Source: Actinomycetales bacterium (GTDB taxonomy: Bacteria > Actinomycetota > Actinomycetes > Actinomycetales > Cellulomonadaceae). Taken from it: 64,000 nucleotides of DNA. The stretch covers positions 643-64,642 of the forward strand of contig JAHLLI010000026.1 in assembly GCA_020444245.1 (NCBI GenBank), written 5' to 3'. The first letter of the stretch is position 1, and the number at the start of each line of letters is the position of its first letter. A model generated the notes under the pieces. That model saw nothing but the letters and a program-made list of their open reading frames with translations, had not been told where the DNA came from and searched no databases. Position numbers and translations under genes: made by a program. Shown in pieces: positions 1 through 10,661 of the stretch.

Positions 1-2
1 CG

Positions 3-1154
3 GGCAAGGAGACCTACGAGCAGGGCGCGAAGGGCCAGCGGATCCCGGGCGGCACCGACGAGGTGGACCCGGCGGTCCCCGGGCGGGACGTCCAGCTGAC
101 CATCGACCGCGACCTGCAGTACGTGGCGCAGTCCGCGCTCGACGCCCAGGTCAGGAAGATGGGCGCCGAGTGGGGGACCGTCGAGGTCGTCGACACCCGC
201 AGCGGCGAGATCCTCGCGCTCGCGGACTCGGGTTCGATCGACCCGAACAGCCCGGCCAACGCCGACCCGAGCCGCGCCGCGGCGAAGGTCTACGAGCCCG
301 GCTCCACCGCCAAGGTCATCACCATGGCGGCGATCCTGGAGAACAAGATCGCGACGCCGACGTCGAAGTTCACCGTGCCGTACTCCTACCAGGTGCCCAA
401 CGGCGAGGTCTTCCACGACTCCCACCAGCACCCCACCCTGAAGCTCACGCTGACCGGGATCCTCGCCGAGTCCTCCAACGCGGGCACGGTGATGGTCGGC
501 CAGAACCTTCCCGCCCAGACGCGGCTGGACTACCTGGCCAAGTTCGGCTTCGGGACCTCGACCGGCTCGGGTCTGCCGGGTGAGTCAGCCGGTCTGCTGC
601 GCACCCTCAAGGAGTGGAACGGCGACGGACGCTCGCCGTACACGATCCTGTTCGGTCAGGCCGTGTCGGTGACGACCCTGCAGGCCACCCAGGTGTTCGC
701 CACCCTGGCCAATCACGGCGTGCGCGTCCAGCCGCACCTGGTCAAGGCGGTCGAGGACGCCGACGGGACCATGCAGCCGGTCGAGCTCGACGCCCCGACC
801 CGGGTGGTCTCGGCCGAGACCGCCGACACCGTGGTGCGCATGATGGAGAGCGCCGTGGCCGACGGCACGGGCTCGCAGGCCGAGGTCCCCGGCTACCGGA
901 TCGCCGGCAAGACCGGTACCTCGCAGGCCTTCGAGGGCACCCAGACCAAGACGGTGGCCTCGTTCATCGGCATCGCCCCGGCCGACGACCCGCGGATCGT
1001 GGTCAACGTGACCCTCTACCACCCGCGGGCCTCGATCTACGGCGGCACGGCCGCGGCGCCGGTGTTCAGCGAGGTCGCGGGGTACGCGCTGCAGTACCTC
1101 GGCATCCCGCCGAGCGGCACGAAGGCCGACCTGTACCCGACCACCTGGCAGTGA
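3..1154 (+). CDS. ftsI: Division penicillin-binding protein FtsI/PBP3, 5' truncated by window edge
   Basis: Frame open from base 3; transpeptidase motifs EPGSTAK (SxxK), SSN (SxN), KTGT; directly upstream of murE. Confidence 0.92.
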   Translation, partial: GKETYEQGAKGQRIPGGTDEVDPAVPGRDVQLTIDRDLQYVAQSALDAQVRKMGAEWGTVEVVDTRSGEILALADSGSIDPNSPANADPSRAAAKVYEPGSTAKVITMAAILENKIATPTSKFTVPYSYQVPNGEVFHDSHQHPTLKLTLTGILAESSNAGTVMVGQNLPAQTRLDYLAKFGFGTSTGSGLPGESAGLLRTLKEWNGDGRSPYTILFGQAVSVTTLQATQVFATLANHGVRVQPHLVKAVEDADGTMQPVELDAPTRVVSAETADTVVRMMESAVADGTGSQAEVPGYRIAGKTGTSQAFEGTQTKTVASFIGIAPADDPRIVVNVTLYHPRASIYGGTAAAPVFSEVAGYALQYLGIPPSGTKADLYPTTWQ

Positions 1155-1203
1155 CGGGGGACGTGGACGCGATGCCACGACGGGACCCGGGCGCAACGCC
1201 CGG

Positions 1204-1209
1204 TAGATT
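1204..1209 (+). promoter_or_regulatory. -10 hexamer TAGATT, probable leaderless murE promoter
   Basis: TANNNT hexamer 6 nt before GTG 1216; no SD. Confidence 0.55.
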
Positions 1210-1215
1210 CGCCCC

Positions 1216-3246
1216 GTGACGTCCCCTCAAGGCCGGATGCGTCCCGTGGGACGACCCAAGCGCCGGCTGACCGAGATCGCCGCGCGCATCGGAACCACCG
1301 CGGCGGCGGACGTCGAGGTACGTGGACTCGCGCTCGGCTCGGCCGACGTCGTGCCGGGCGACCTTTTCGCCGCGCTGCCCGGGCTCAAGGCCCACGGGGC
1401 CGACTTCGCCTCGGCGGCCGTCGCGGCGGGCGCCGTCGCCGTGCTGACCGACGCCGACGGCGCGGCGCGGATCCTCGCGATGGGCCTGGACGTGCCGGTC
1501 CTGGTCACCGACCGGCCGCTGCGCGGGCTGGTCGGCGAGCTCGCGGCCTGGCTCTACGACGAGCCCGCGACCGGGGTCACGACCGTCGGGGTGACCGGCA
1601 CCAACGGCAAGACCACCACGACCTACTTCGTCGACGCGGCGCTGCACCGCCACCACGAGCGGACCGCGGTGATCGGCACGGTCGAGCTCAGGGTCGGCGA
1701 CGAGACCATCGAGAGCCCGCGGACCACCGTCGAGGCGCCCGTGCTGCACGCGCTGTTCGCGATGATGCGCGAGCGCGGCGTCACCGCCTGCGCGATGGAG
1801 GTCTCGTCGCACGCGCTGGCCCTGGAGCGGGTCTCGGGGCTGCGGGTGGACGTGGCCGGGTTCACCAACCTCCAGCGTGACCACCTGGACTTCCACGGGG
1901 ACATGGAGGGCTACTTCGCCGACAAGGCGAGGTTGTTCGCCCCCGAGCGCGCGGCCCGGGCCGTGGTCTGCGTCGACGACGAGTGGGGCGTGCGGCTGGC
2001 GGCCGAGGCCCGGATCCCCGTCGACACCGTGGCGACCCGCGAGAGCTCGGCGGGCCGGGCCACCGCGGACTGGCAGGTCCACGACGCCGACATCGGCCTG
2101 GACGGCGTCGGGTCGTCGTTCCGGCTCACCGGCCCGGACGGGATCGACGTCGCCGCGACCAGCCCGCTGCCGGGCCTGGTGAACGTCTCCAACGCCGCGG
2201 TCGCGATCGTGCTGGCCCACCGCGCCGGCGTGCCGCTGGCGGACGCGGTCGCCGGGGTCGGCGCCGCCACGGCGATCCCCGGCCGCATGGAGCGCGTCGT
2301 CGAGCGCACCGACGGCTGGCCGCTGTGCCTGGTGGACTACGCGCACACCCCCGACGCCCTCGTGCTGGCCCTGGAGGCGGTACGCCCGATCACCCCTGGT
2401 CGGCTCGTGATCGTGCTCGGCTCGGACGGCGACCGGGACCGCGGCAAGCGACCGATCATGGGCCGGATCGCGGCCGAGCTGGCCGACGTCGTGGTGGTCA
2501 CCGACGAGAACCCGCGCTCCGAGCCGCCGGAGACGATCCGCGCTGCGATCCTGGCCGGCGCCCGCGAGGTCCGGCCCGACCTGAGCGAGGTCTACGAGGT
2601 CGCGCCCCGAGCCGCGGCGCTCCGCGTCGGGACCCTGCTCGCCGGGCCGCAGGACACCGTGATCGTCACCGGCAAGGGGCACGAGCCGACCCAGGAGATC
2701 GCCGGGGTGTTCCACCGCTACAACGACCGCGACGTCTACCGCGCCGTGCACGCCGAGGGCCGGCGCGGCCCGGTCGACCCGGCCGAGCTGCTGGCCACGG
2801 ACGTCCCGGCCGACCGGCCGGCGGACGGCCCGGTCGACGCAGGACCGCTGACCGTCCTGGACGTCACGGGCGAGCCCACCATGGCGGACCTGGTCGCGGC
2901 GGTGCGCGCCCTGCGCCGCACGGCCGTGCACCGGCGGCGGGTCGCCGTGGTCGGAGCGCCGTCCGGGCCGGCGAGCGTGGTCGAGCTCGACGCCCTGGGA
3001 CGGCTCGCGGTACGCCTGGACGTCCAGCGGCTGGCGGCCGTCGGCCGCCCGGCCCGGGCCGTCTACACCGGCGCCTACCAGGAGGGCTCCTGGGACGCCG
3101 AGTCGGTGCACGTCGAGGACGTGGCCGATGCGCGCGAGTGGCTCACCGACGAGCTGCTCGAGGGCGACGTGGTGCTGGTCGCGGGTGCCGGCCCGGAGCT
3201 CGAGTCGTTGGCCGCGGACCTCCGGGCGGGGGTGGTCCACCCGTGA
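1216..3246 (+). CDS. murE: MurE ligase fused to a degenerate MurF C-terminal domain (676 aa)
   Basis: GTNGKTTT P-loop, [37 protein letters not shown]; the extra ~160 aa contain [17 protein letters not shown]...EGSWDAESV...GDVVLV typical of the actinobacterial MurF C-terminus. Confidence 0.9.
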   Translation: MTSPQGRMRPVGRPKRRLTEIAARIGTTAAADVEVRGLALGSADVVPGDLFAALPGLKAHGADFASAAVAAGAVAVLTDADGAARILAMGLDVPVLVTDRPLRGLVGELAAWLYDEPATGVTTVGVTGTNGKTTTTYFVDAALHRHHERTAVIGTVELRVGDETIESPRTTVEAPVLHALFAMMRERGVTACAMEVSSHALALERVSGLRVDVAGFTNLQRDHLDFHGDMEGYFADKARLFAPERAARAVVCVDDEWGVRLAAEARIPVDTVATRESSAGRATADWQVHDADIGLDGVGSSFRLTGPDGIDVAATSPLPGLVNVSNAAVAIVLAHRAGVPLADAVAGVGAATAIPGRMERVVERTDGWPLCLVDYAHTPDALVLALEAVRPITPGRLVIVLGSDGDRDRGKRPIMGRIAAELADVVVVTDENPRSEPPETIRAAILAGAREVRPDLSEVYEVAPRAAALRVGTLLAGPQDTVIVTGKGHEPTQEIAGVFHRYNDRDVYRAVHAEGRRGPVDPAELLATDVPADRPADGPVDAGPLTVLDVTGEPTMADLVAAVRALRRTAVHRRRVAVVGAPSGPASVVELDALGRLAVRLDVQRLAAVGRPARAVYTGAYQEGSWDAESVHVEDVADAREWLTDELLEGDVVLVAGAGPELESLAADLRAGVVHP

Positions 3247-4325
3247 GAGCGCTGCTGATCTCCGGCGGGCTGGCGATGGTCGTCGCCCTGTTCGGCACGC
3301 CGCTGTTCATCCGCTGGCTGGTGCGCCGGCAGTACGGCCAGTTCATCCGCCAGGACGGGCCGACCGCGCACTTCACCAAGCGTGGCACACCCACGATGGG
3401 CGGCGTCGTGATCATCGCCGCGAGCCTGTTCGGCTACTTCGGCTCGAAGGTCGTCACGGGTTCGGCGCCCACCACGTCGGCCCTGCTCGCCCTGTTCCTC
3501 ATGACCGGCCTGGGTGTGGTCGGCCTGCTGGACGACTACATCAAGATCTCCCGGCAGCGCAGCCTGGGGCTGAGGGCCCGGTGGAAGATCGTCGGCCAGG
3601 GGCTGGTGGGCGTCGCGTTCTCGGTGCTCGCTCTGCAGTTCCCCAACGAGCACTTCCGGACGCCGGCCTCGACCCAGGTCTCGTTCATCCGCGACACCAA
3701 CCTGGACCTGGCCTTCAAGGGCGCGACCGTGGGCCTGATCCTCTTCGTCATCTGGGCGAACTTCCTCATCACCGCCTGGTCGAACGCGGTGAACCTCACC
3801 GATGGGCTCGACGGCCTGGCCACGGGTGTGTCGCTCATCGTGTTCGGCGCCTACGTCGTGGTGGGCATCTGGCAGAACAACCAGTCCTGCCAGAACATCC
3901 TCACCGCCGGTCCGCGCTGCTACGAGACGCGAGACCCGCTCGACCTGGCGATCGTCGCCGCGGCGATCACCGGCGCGCTGTTCGGCTTCCTGTGGTGGAA
4001 CGCCTCGCCGGCGCGGATCTTCATGGGCGACACCGGGTCGTTGGCGCTGGGCGGCGCCCTGGCCGCGCTCACGATCCTGAGCCGCACCGAGATCCTCGGC
4101 GCGATCATCGGCGGGATGTTCGTGCTGATCGTCCTCAGCGACGTGATCCAGATCGGCTTCTTCAAGCTCACCGGCAAACGGGTGTTCAAGATGGCACCTC
4201 TGCACCACCACTTCGAGCTGTCCGGCTGGGGCGAGGTCACGATCGTCATCAGGTTCTGGTTGATCGCGGGCCTGTTCGTCGCGGTCGGGGTCGGGGTCTT
4301 CTACGCCGAGTGGGTGACCGGCTAG
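3243..4325 (+). CDS. mraY: Phospho-N-acetylmuramoyl-pentapeptide transferase
   Basis: GTG overlapping murE stop; [38 protein letters not shown]. Confidence 0.96.
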   Translation: MRALLISGGLAMVVALFGTPLFIRWLVRRQYGQFIRQDGPTAHFTKRGTPTMGGVVIIAASLFGYFGSKVVTGSAPTTSALLALFLMTGLGVVGLLDDYIKISRQRSLGLRARWKIVGQGLVGVAFSVLALQFPNEHFRTPASTQVSFIRDTNLDLAFKGATVGLILFVIWANFLITAWSNAVNLTDGLDGLATGVSLIVFGAYVVVGIWQNNQSCQNILTAGPRCYETRDPLDLAIVAAAITGALFGFLWWNASPARIFMGDTGSLALGGALAALTILSRTEILGAIIGGMFVLIVLSDVIQIGFFKLTGKRVFKMAPLHHHFELSGWGEVTIVIRFWLIAGLFVAVGVGVFYAEWVTG

Positions 4326-5770
4326 TGGCCGACGCGCCTTCCGCACCGGTAACGGACCTGCGGGGGCTGCGCGTGCTGGTCGCCGGACTCGGGGTGACCG
4401 GGCGCGCGGTCACCGCGGCGCTGCGGCACCGCGAGGCGGTGGTCACCACCCTCGACGACTCCGCCGACGACGCGGACCTGCACGACCAGACGGCCGTCGA
4501 CCTCGACGGGACCGATCTGGTGGTCGCCTCGCCGGGCTGGCGGCCGACGTCGCCGGTGCTGGTCGCGGCTGCGGGCCGCGGGCTCGCGGTGTGGAGCGAG
4601 GTGGAGCTGGCCTGGCGCCTGCGGGCCGAGCGGGCGCGCGGCGGCGGGCCCGCACCGTGGCTCGCGGTCACCGGCACCAACGGGAAGACCACCACGGTGG
4701 GGATGCTGTCGGCGATCGGTGCCGCGGCGGGGTTGGACATGCCGGCGGTCGGCAACGTCGGCAGGCCGGTGATCGAGGCCGCCGTCGACCCGGGCCATGA
4801 CGCGCTCGCCGTGGAGCTGTCCAGCTTCCAGCTGCACTTCACGCACTCGATGACCGCGCAGGCGGCCGCGATCCTCAACGTCGCGCCGGACCACCTGGAC
4901 TGGCACGGGTCGCTCGAGCAGTACGCGGCGGCGAAGGCGCGGATCTACCGCGGCGTGCAGGTCGCGTGCGTGTACGACGCCGCCGACCCGTTGCTGGAGC
5001 CCCTGGTGCGTCGCGCCGACGTCGCCGAGGGCGCCCGGGCCGTCGGGGTCACGCTCGACGCTCCCGGCCCGGGGCAGCTGGGCGTGGTGGACGGCGTGCT
5101 GGTGGACCGCGCGTTCCACCTGCCCGCCGACCACCCGACCCGTCGGGCGAGCGCGGCCGAGCTCGGCACGTTCGACGACCTGGCGCACCTCGCCGGACCG
5201 GACGGTCGCCTGGCGCCCCACGTGGTGAGCGACGCGCTGGCCGCTGCGGCCCTGGGCCGGGCGCACGGCGTGCCCGCCGCGGCCGTGCGCGACGGGCTGC
5301 GCGCCTACCGGCCCGGCGCGCACCGGGTCGAGCTGGTCGCCACCGCCGGCGGCATCGCGTACGTCGACGACTCCAAGGCCACCAACGCGCACGCCGCCGC
5401 GGCGTCCCTGGCGGCCTTCGCCCCGGGCAGCGTGGTCTGGATCGCGGGCGGTCTGGCCAAGGGCGCGTCGTTCGACGACCTCGTGCGTGACCGGGCGGAC
5501 CGGCTCCGGGCCGCTGTGCTGATCGGGGTGGACCAGACCCCGCTGGCGGACGCACTTGCCCGACACGCGCCGGCAATCCCCGTCCACCGGGTCGATCCCA
5601 CGGACACTGGGACGGTGATGTCCCGTGCCGTGACCGCGGCCCGTCGGCTGGCCCGGCCGGGCGACACCGTGCTGCTCGCTCCCGCCTGCGCGTCGATGGA
5701 CCAGTTCGTGTCCTACGCCCAGCGTGGTGAGGCGTTCACGGCGGCGGTCGGGGCACGCACGGGCACGTGA
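4325..5770 (+). CDS. murD: UDP-MurNAc-L-Ala:D-Glu ligase
   Basis: [54 protein letters not shown]; GTG 4325 overlaps mraY stop. Confidence 0.95.
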   Translation: MADAPSAPVTDLRGLRVLVAGLGVTGRAVTAALRHREAVVTTLDDSADDADLHDQTAVDLDGTDLVVASPGWRPTSPVLVAAAGRGLAVWSEVELAWRLRAERARGGGPAPWLAVTGTNGKTTTVGMLSAIGAAAGLDMPAVGNVGRPVIEAAVDPGHDALAVELSSFQLHFTHSMTAQAAAILNVAPDHLDWHGSLEQYAAAKARIYRGVQVACVYDAADPLLEPLVRRADVAEGARAVGVTLDAPGPGQLGVVDGVLVDRAFHLPADHPTRRASAAELGTFDDLAHLAGPDGRLAPHVVSDALAAAALGRAHGVPAAAVRDGLRAYRPGAHRVELVATAGGIAYVDDSKATNAHAAAASLAAFAPGSVVWIAGGLAKGASFDDLVRDRADRLRAAVLIGVDQTPLADALARHAPAIPVHRVDPTDTGTVMSRAVTAARRLARPGDTVLLAPACASMDQFVSYAQRGEAFTAAVGARTGT

Positions 5771-7041
5771 CGGCCACCCGCGGGCCCGACCTGGAGGTCT
5801 CGCCCCGCGAGCCGGGCACCTGGAACGGACCGGTCACGAGCTACTACCTGCTGATCGGGGCGACCGGGCTGCTGCTGTCCATCGGCCTGGTGATGGTGCT
5901 GTCCAGCTCGACCGTCGACTCGCTGACCGCCTCCAAGGGCGCGACGCCGTACTCGGTGTTCCTCAGCCAGGCTCAGTTCGCGCTCATCGGGCTGCCGATC
6001 GCCTGGCTCGCGAGCCGGCTCCCGGTGCGGTTCTACAAGGCGATCGCCTGGCCGGCCCTGGCCGTCGCGGTGGCCCTGCAGCTGCTCGTGTTCACCTCGC
6101 TGGGCATCAAGGCCAACGGCAACCGGAACTGGATCGGCATCGGCTCGTTCACGATGCAGCCGTCGGAGGTGCTCAAGCTCTCCCTCGCGGTCTGGCTGGC
6201 GAGCGTGCTGGCCACCAAGCGCGCCCTGCTGCACCGGTGGTTGCACGTGATCGTGCCGGGCCTCGTGGTGGCGATGGGCGTCATCGGGCTCGTGCTGCTC
6301 GGCGACGACCTCGGCACCGCGCTGATCATGCTCGTCCTGGTGGCCGGGGCGATGTTCATCGCCGGGGTGCCGCTGCGGATGTTCGCGGTCGCGGGCGTGC
6401 TCGCGGGCGTCGTCGTGGTCAACCTCGCCCAGTCCACCAGCACCCGCGTCACCCGGATCACGACGTTCTTCTCCGAGGACTGCGACAAGCTCGGGCCGTG
6501 CTACCAGACCACCAGGGGCCTGTACGCGCTGGCCTCCGGCGGACTCACGGGAGAGGGGCTGGGGGAGAGCCGGCAGAAGTGGTCCGGCCTGCCCGAGGGC
6601 CACAACGACTTCATCTTCGCCGTGATCGGCGAGGAGCTCGGCCTGCTCGGCACCGTGCTCGTGCTCGTGCTGTTCGCGATCCTCGCGGTGGCCATGGTGC
6701 GGGTGATCCGGCGGCACGCCGACCCGTTCGCCCAGATCGCGACGGCCGGCATCGCGTCCTGGATCCTGGGGCAGGCGCTGGTCAACATCGCGGTCGTGAT
6801 CGGGCTCCTGCCCGTGGTGGGGCTGCCGCTCCCGCTGGTCTCGGCCGGCGGTTCGGCGCTGATCACCACGCTCGTCGCGCTCGGGGTGGTGGTGTCGTTC
6901 GCGCGCAGCGAGCCCGGCGCGGCCGAGGCCCTGCGGGCCAGACCCGGGGCGGTGCAGCGGTCGCTGGCGGTGATCGGCGGGGCCCGCGGCGCGGACCGCG
7001 GGGTGCCGACACGGCGGCCGAAGGGAGACGGCCGTGGTTGA
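5767..7041 (+). CDS. ftsW: Peptidoglycan polymerase FtsW
   Basis: Multi-TM SEDS protein; RNWI, MQPSE, LPEGHNDFIFAVIGEELG, LPLVSAGGS. Confidence 0.95.
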   Translation: MTATRGPDLEVSPREPGTWNGPVTSYYLLIGATGLLLSIGLVMVLSSSTVDSLTASKGATPYSVFLSQAQFALIGLPIAWLASRLPVRFYKAIAWPALAVAVALQLLVFTSLGIKANGNRNWIGIGSFTMQPSEVLKLSLAVWLASVLATKRALLHRWLHVIVPGLVVAMGVIGLVLLGDDLGTALIMLVLVAGAMFIAGVPLRMFAVAGVLAGVVVVNLAQSTSTRVTRITTFFSEDCDKLGPCYQTTRGLYALASGGLTGEGLGESRQKWSGLPEGHNDFIFAVIGEELGLLGTVLVLVLFAILAVAMVRVIRRHADPFAQIATAGIASWILGQALVNIAVVIGLLPVVGLPLPLVSAGGSALITTLVALGVVVSFARSEPGAAEALRARPGAVQRSLAVIGGARGADRGVPTRRPKGDGRG

Positions 7042-8152
7042 GGTGCTGATGGCCGGGGGCGGCACCGCCGGCCACGTCAACCCGCTGCTGGCCGTGGCGG
7101 ACGAGCTGCGCCGCCGGGACCCGTCGACCGGGGTCGTCGTGCTCGGGACCTCGACCGGGCTGGAGACCCGGCTCGTGCCGGCCCGGGGATACCCGCTCGT
7201 CGAGATCCCTCGGGTGCCGCTGCCGCGGCGACCCACGCTCGACTGGTTCCGCCTGCCCGGGCGGCTGCGGGCCGCCGTGCGGGCGGTGGCCGACGTGATC
7301 GCCGAGCGCGGCGTGGACGTGGTGGTCGGCTTCGGTGGCTACGTGTCGACGCCCGCGTATCTCGCCGCGCGCCGGGCCGGCGTGCCGGTGGTGATCCACG
7401 AGCAGAACGCCCGGCCCGGGCTGGCCAACCGGCTCGGGGCCCGCTGGGCCCGGACCGTCGCCACGACGTTCCCCGGGACGCCCCTGCGGGGGGCGCAGGT
7501 CACCGGGTTGCCGCTGCGCCCGGAGATCGCTGCGCTCGTCGAGGCTCTGGTCGCGGACCCCGTCGCGGTGCGGACGCGGGCCGCGCGGGCACTCGAGCTG
7601 GATCCCGAGCTGCCCACCCTGTTGGTCACCGGCGCCTCGTCGGGCGCCGTGAGCCTGAACCGGGCGCTCGCGGGCGCCGCAGGGGACCTGCTGGCCGCCG
7701 GGGCCCAGGTGCTGCACCTGACCGGCGCGGGCAAGGCCGACCTCGTGCGGTCCGCCGTGGACGGGCTGCCCGGTGCCGGGCGCTACCACGTCCTGGAGTA
7801 CCTCGATGCGATGCAGGACGGCCTGGCCGTGGCCGACCTCGCGGTGTGCCGTGCCGGGGCCGGGACGGTGATGGAGCTGGCCGCCGCCGGCGTGCCCTCG
7901 GTGTTCGTGCCCCTGCCGGTGGGCAACGGCGAGCAGCGGCTCAACGCGGCGCCGGTGGTGGCCGCCGGTGGTGGCCTGCTGGTGGCCGACGCGGACCTGA
8001 CCCCGGCATGGCTGCGCGAGCACGTCGTGCCGCTGCTCGGTGACGCGGACCGGCTGGCCGCGATGCGCGCGGGCGCGCGCTCCGTGGGCGCGGCCGACGG
8101 CGCGTCGCGGGTGGCCGACCTGGTGCTGGCGGCCGCGGGGGAGCGCCGGTGA
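7034..8152 (+). CDS. murG: MurG glycosyltransferase
   Basis: GGGTAGHVNP, GFGGYVS, HEQNARPGLAN, RAGAGTVME, EQRLNA. Confidence 0.96.
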   Translation: MVEVLMAGGGTAGHVNPLLAVADELRRRDPSTGVVVLGTSTGLETRLVPARGYPLVEIPRVPLPRRPTLDWFRLPGRLRAAVRAVADVIAERGVDVVVGFGGYVSTPAYLAARRAGVPVVIHEQNARPGLANRLGARWARTVATTFPGTPLRGAQVTGLPLRPEIAALVEALVADPVAVRTRAARALELDPELPTLLVTGASSGAVSLNRALAGAAGDLLAAGAQVLHLTGAGKADLVRSAVDGLPGAGRYHVLEYLDAMQDGLAVADLAVCRAGAGTVMELAAAGVPSVFVPLPVGNGEQRLNAAPVVAAGGGLLVADADLTPAWLREHVVPLLGDADRLAAMRAGARSVGAADGASRVADLVLAAAGERR

Positions 8153-9567
8153 GCGACGACCTCGCGGCGATCTCCGGGCGCGGCCGGGTCCACCTGGTCG
8201 GGGTGGGTGGTGCGGGCATGTCCGCGGTCGCCGCGCTGCTGGTCGCGCGCGGGCTGGAGGTGTCCGGCTCGGACGCCGGCACGGGCGGGCTGGACGCGGT
8301 CCGGGCTGCCGGCGTCGCCGCGCACCACGGTCACGACGCGACGCTGGTCGACGGCGCCGGCACGCTGGTCGTGTCCAGCGCGATCCGGGCCACCAACCCC
8401 GAGCTCGTGCGTGCGCGGGAGCTGGGCGTGCCGGTGCTGCACCGCTCCGGCGCGCTAGCCGCCCTGATGGAGGGGCGGCGCGGGGTCGCGGTCGCCGGCG
8501 CGCACGGCAAGACCACGACGTCGGCGATGGTCGCCGTCGTGCTGGCGCACGCCGGGCTGGACCCCTCGTGGGCGATCGGCGGCACGGTCCGCCACGCGGG
8601 TGCGGGCGATGCGGACCCGGTGGGCGGGGCCCACGCCGGAGCCGGTGAGGTCATGGTGGTCGAGGCCGACGAGTCGGACGGGTCCTTCCTGGCCTACCGC
8701 CCCGAGATCTCCGTGGTCACCAACGTCGAGCCGGACCACCTGGACCACTACGGCAGCCGTGAGGCGTTCGAGCAGGCGTTCGTGGACTTCGCCGCGCGCG
8801 TCACCGGCACGCTGGTGGTGTGCGCGGACGACTCCGGCGCGGCGCGGCTCGCGAGCGCCGCTCGGGCGAACGGCACGCGCGTGCTGCGCTACGGGACCGG
8901 CGAGGGCGCTGACGTGCTCGTCGGCCCGTGGGTGCCGTCCGGTGCGGGGGGGACCACGACGTTCACCGAGCGCGGGGGACCGGCGGTGCCGGTGAGCCTT
9001 GCGGTGCCGGGCGCGCACAACGCGCTGAACGCCGCGGCCGCGTGGTCGGTGGCCCGGCTCCTGGACGTGGACGCCGGTACGGCCGCGGCCGGGCTGGCCA
9101 CGTTCGCCGGGACCGGCCGCCGCTTCGAGGACCGGGGCAGGGCGGCCGGCGTGCGGGTGGTGGACGACTACGCCCACCACCCGACCGAGGTCGCCGCGCT
9201 GCTCCGCGCCGCACGCGCCGTGGCCGGGCCGGGCCGGGTGCTGGTGCTCTTCCAGCCGCACCTGTTCTCCCGGACGGCGACGTTCGCCGCGGAGTTCGCG
9301 CAGGCGCTGACCCTCGCCGACGAGGTCGTGGTCACGGACGTGTACGCGGCGCGCGAGGACCCGGACCCCTCGGTCACCGGTGCCCTGATCACCGACCGGA
9401 TGGCCGGCGCCGGCCGGTTCGTGGCCGACCGCACCGAAGCAGCGCACGCCGTGGCGGCGCTCGCACGGCCCGGTGACCTGCTGCTGACCGTCGGCGCGGG
9501 GGACGTCACCGGCCTGGCCCCGGTCGTGCTCGCCGACCTCGCGGCGCGGGAGAGGACAGGCGCATGA
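8149..9567 (+). CDS. murC: UDP-MurNAc:L-Ala ligase
   Basis: GVGGAGMS, GAHGKTTTS, EADESDGSF, EPDHLDHY, DDYAHHPTE, FQPH. Confidence 0.96.
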   Translation: MSDDLAAISGRGRVHLVGVGGAGMSAVAALLVARGLEVSGSDAGTGGLDAVRAAGVAAHHGHDATLVDGAGTLVVSSAIRATNPELVRARELGVPVLHRSGALAALMEGRRGVAVAGAHGKTTTSAMVAVVLAHAGLDPSWAIGGTVRHAGAGDADPVGGAHAGAGEVMVVEADESDGSFLAYRPEISVVTNVEPDHLDHYGSREAFEQAFVDFAARVTGTLVVCADDSGAARLASAARANGTRVLRYGTGEGADVLVGPWVPSGAGGTTTFTERGGPAVPVSLAVPGAHNALNAAAAWSVARLLDVDAGTAAAGLATFAGTGRRFEDRGRAAGVRVVDDYAHHPTEVAALLRAARAVAGPGRVLVLFQPHLFSRTATFAAEFAQALTLADEVVVTDVYAAREDPDPSVTGALITDRMAGAGRFVADRTEAAHAVAALARPGDLLLTVGAGDVTGLAPVVLADLAARERTGA

Positions 9568-10508
9568 GGCCGCCGCCGCGCCCCCGGGTGCCGGCGCCAC
9601 CCGTCGTGCCGGCACGCGCGCCCGCCCCACGCCCGCCTGCCGTCCGTCCGTCGCGGACACCGCCCGTCGGCCCTGCGGGGGCTCGCGCGCCGGAGCGCGC
9701 GACGGGCGCGAAGGCCGCCGTCGCCGCCGAACGGGCGCCGCGCTGGCAGCCTCGCCGGCCGGCTGTGGTCTCGACCGGCTCCGCAGCCCGCTTCGCCGAG
9801 CGGGTCAGGATGCGTCGGCGAATCCTGCGCGACCGCGTGCTGGCCTGGTCGGCCGCAGGGGTGGTGGTCGCGGCCCTGGCCTGGCTGCTGCTGCTCTCGC
9901 CGGTGCTGGCCCTGCAGGCCGACGAGGTCGCCGTGCGGGTCGAGGGCGACCGGGCGGTGGTCGACGTCACCGCGGTGACCACGATCCTGACGAACCTGGC
10001 CGGCACCCCGCTGCCCCGGCTGGACACCGTGGGGGTGCGCCGCGAGGTGCTCGACGTGCCCGGGGTGCGGGCCGCCTCGGTCACCCGGTCGTGGCCGCAC
10101 GGGGTGCTCGTCACGGTGGTCGCGCGCGACCCGGTGGCGGCGGTGCCCGAGGGCGGCGGCTACGCGCTGCTGGACGCCGAGGGCGTGCAGGTCGGCCGCA
10201 GCGACGACGCGCCGAAGGACCTGCCGGTGGTGACGGTCCCGCTGGACGACCCGGCGGCCATGACGGCCGTGCTCCTCGTGCTGCAGCAGCTCCCGGCCGA
10301 CCTGGCCGCGGACGTCACGGGCGCCTCGGCGGAGAACCAGGACGCGGTCCGGCTGTCGCTGTCGGACGGCACGACCGTGGAGTGGGGGAGCGCGGACCAG
10401 TCGGCGCTGAAGGCTGCCGTCGTGCGGACCCTGCGGGCCTCCAAGGCGGCGGCGGGGGTCAAGGTCTACGACGTCTCCGCGCCGACCTTGCCCATCACCC
10501 GGTCCTGA
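9564..10508 (+). CDS. ftsQ: Cell division protein FtsQ/DivIB
   Basis: Pro/Arg-rich N-terminus, single TM, POTRA-like region (RSWPHGV), C-terminal YDVSAP; lies between murC and ftsZ. Confidence 0.9.
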   Translation: MRPPPRPRVPAPPVVPARAPAPRPPAVRPSRTPPVGPAGARAPERATGAKAAVAAERAPRWQPRRPAVVSTGSAARFAERVRMRRRILRDRVLAWSAAGVVVAALAWLLLLSPVLALQADEVAVRVEGDRAVVDVTAVTTILTNLAGTPLPRLDTVGVRREVLDVPGVRAASVTRSWPHGVLVTVVARDPVAAVPEGGGYALLDAEGVQVGRSDDAPKDLPVVTVPLDDPAAMTAVLLVLQQLPADLAADVTGASAENQDAVRLSLSDGTTVEWGSADQSALKAAVVRTLRASKAAAGVKVYDVSAPTLPITRS

Positions 10509-10618
10509 CCGCAGGGCGTGCGGGTGCGCGCAATCGGCGAAGGTCGAGCGACACGCGCCCGCGGTGATTGCCGGGGGGCCACCTGCAACCTAGCGTCGTC
10601 ATCGACAGCACGTGACAT

Positions 10619-10646
10619 AACTCTAACGTTCAACCTGAACGTGAGA
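10619..10646. promoter_or_regulatory. Dyad upstream of ftsZ, candidate MerR-type (FtsR-like) operator
   Basis: Perfect inverted repeat ACGTTCA-acc-TGAACGT (10626-10642), extended by TCT/AGA, in an AT-richer patch 19 nt before ftsZ GTG. Confidence 0.55.
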
Positions 10647-10661
10647 CTCGGAGGACACGCC

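Noticed and set aside
1983-5770. Apparent long N-terminal extensions of mraY, murD and other ORF-track entries
   Set aside because: Upstream parts are Arg/Gly/Pro-rich off-frame readings of the previous gene; true starts overlap the prior stops
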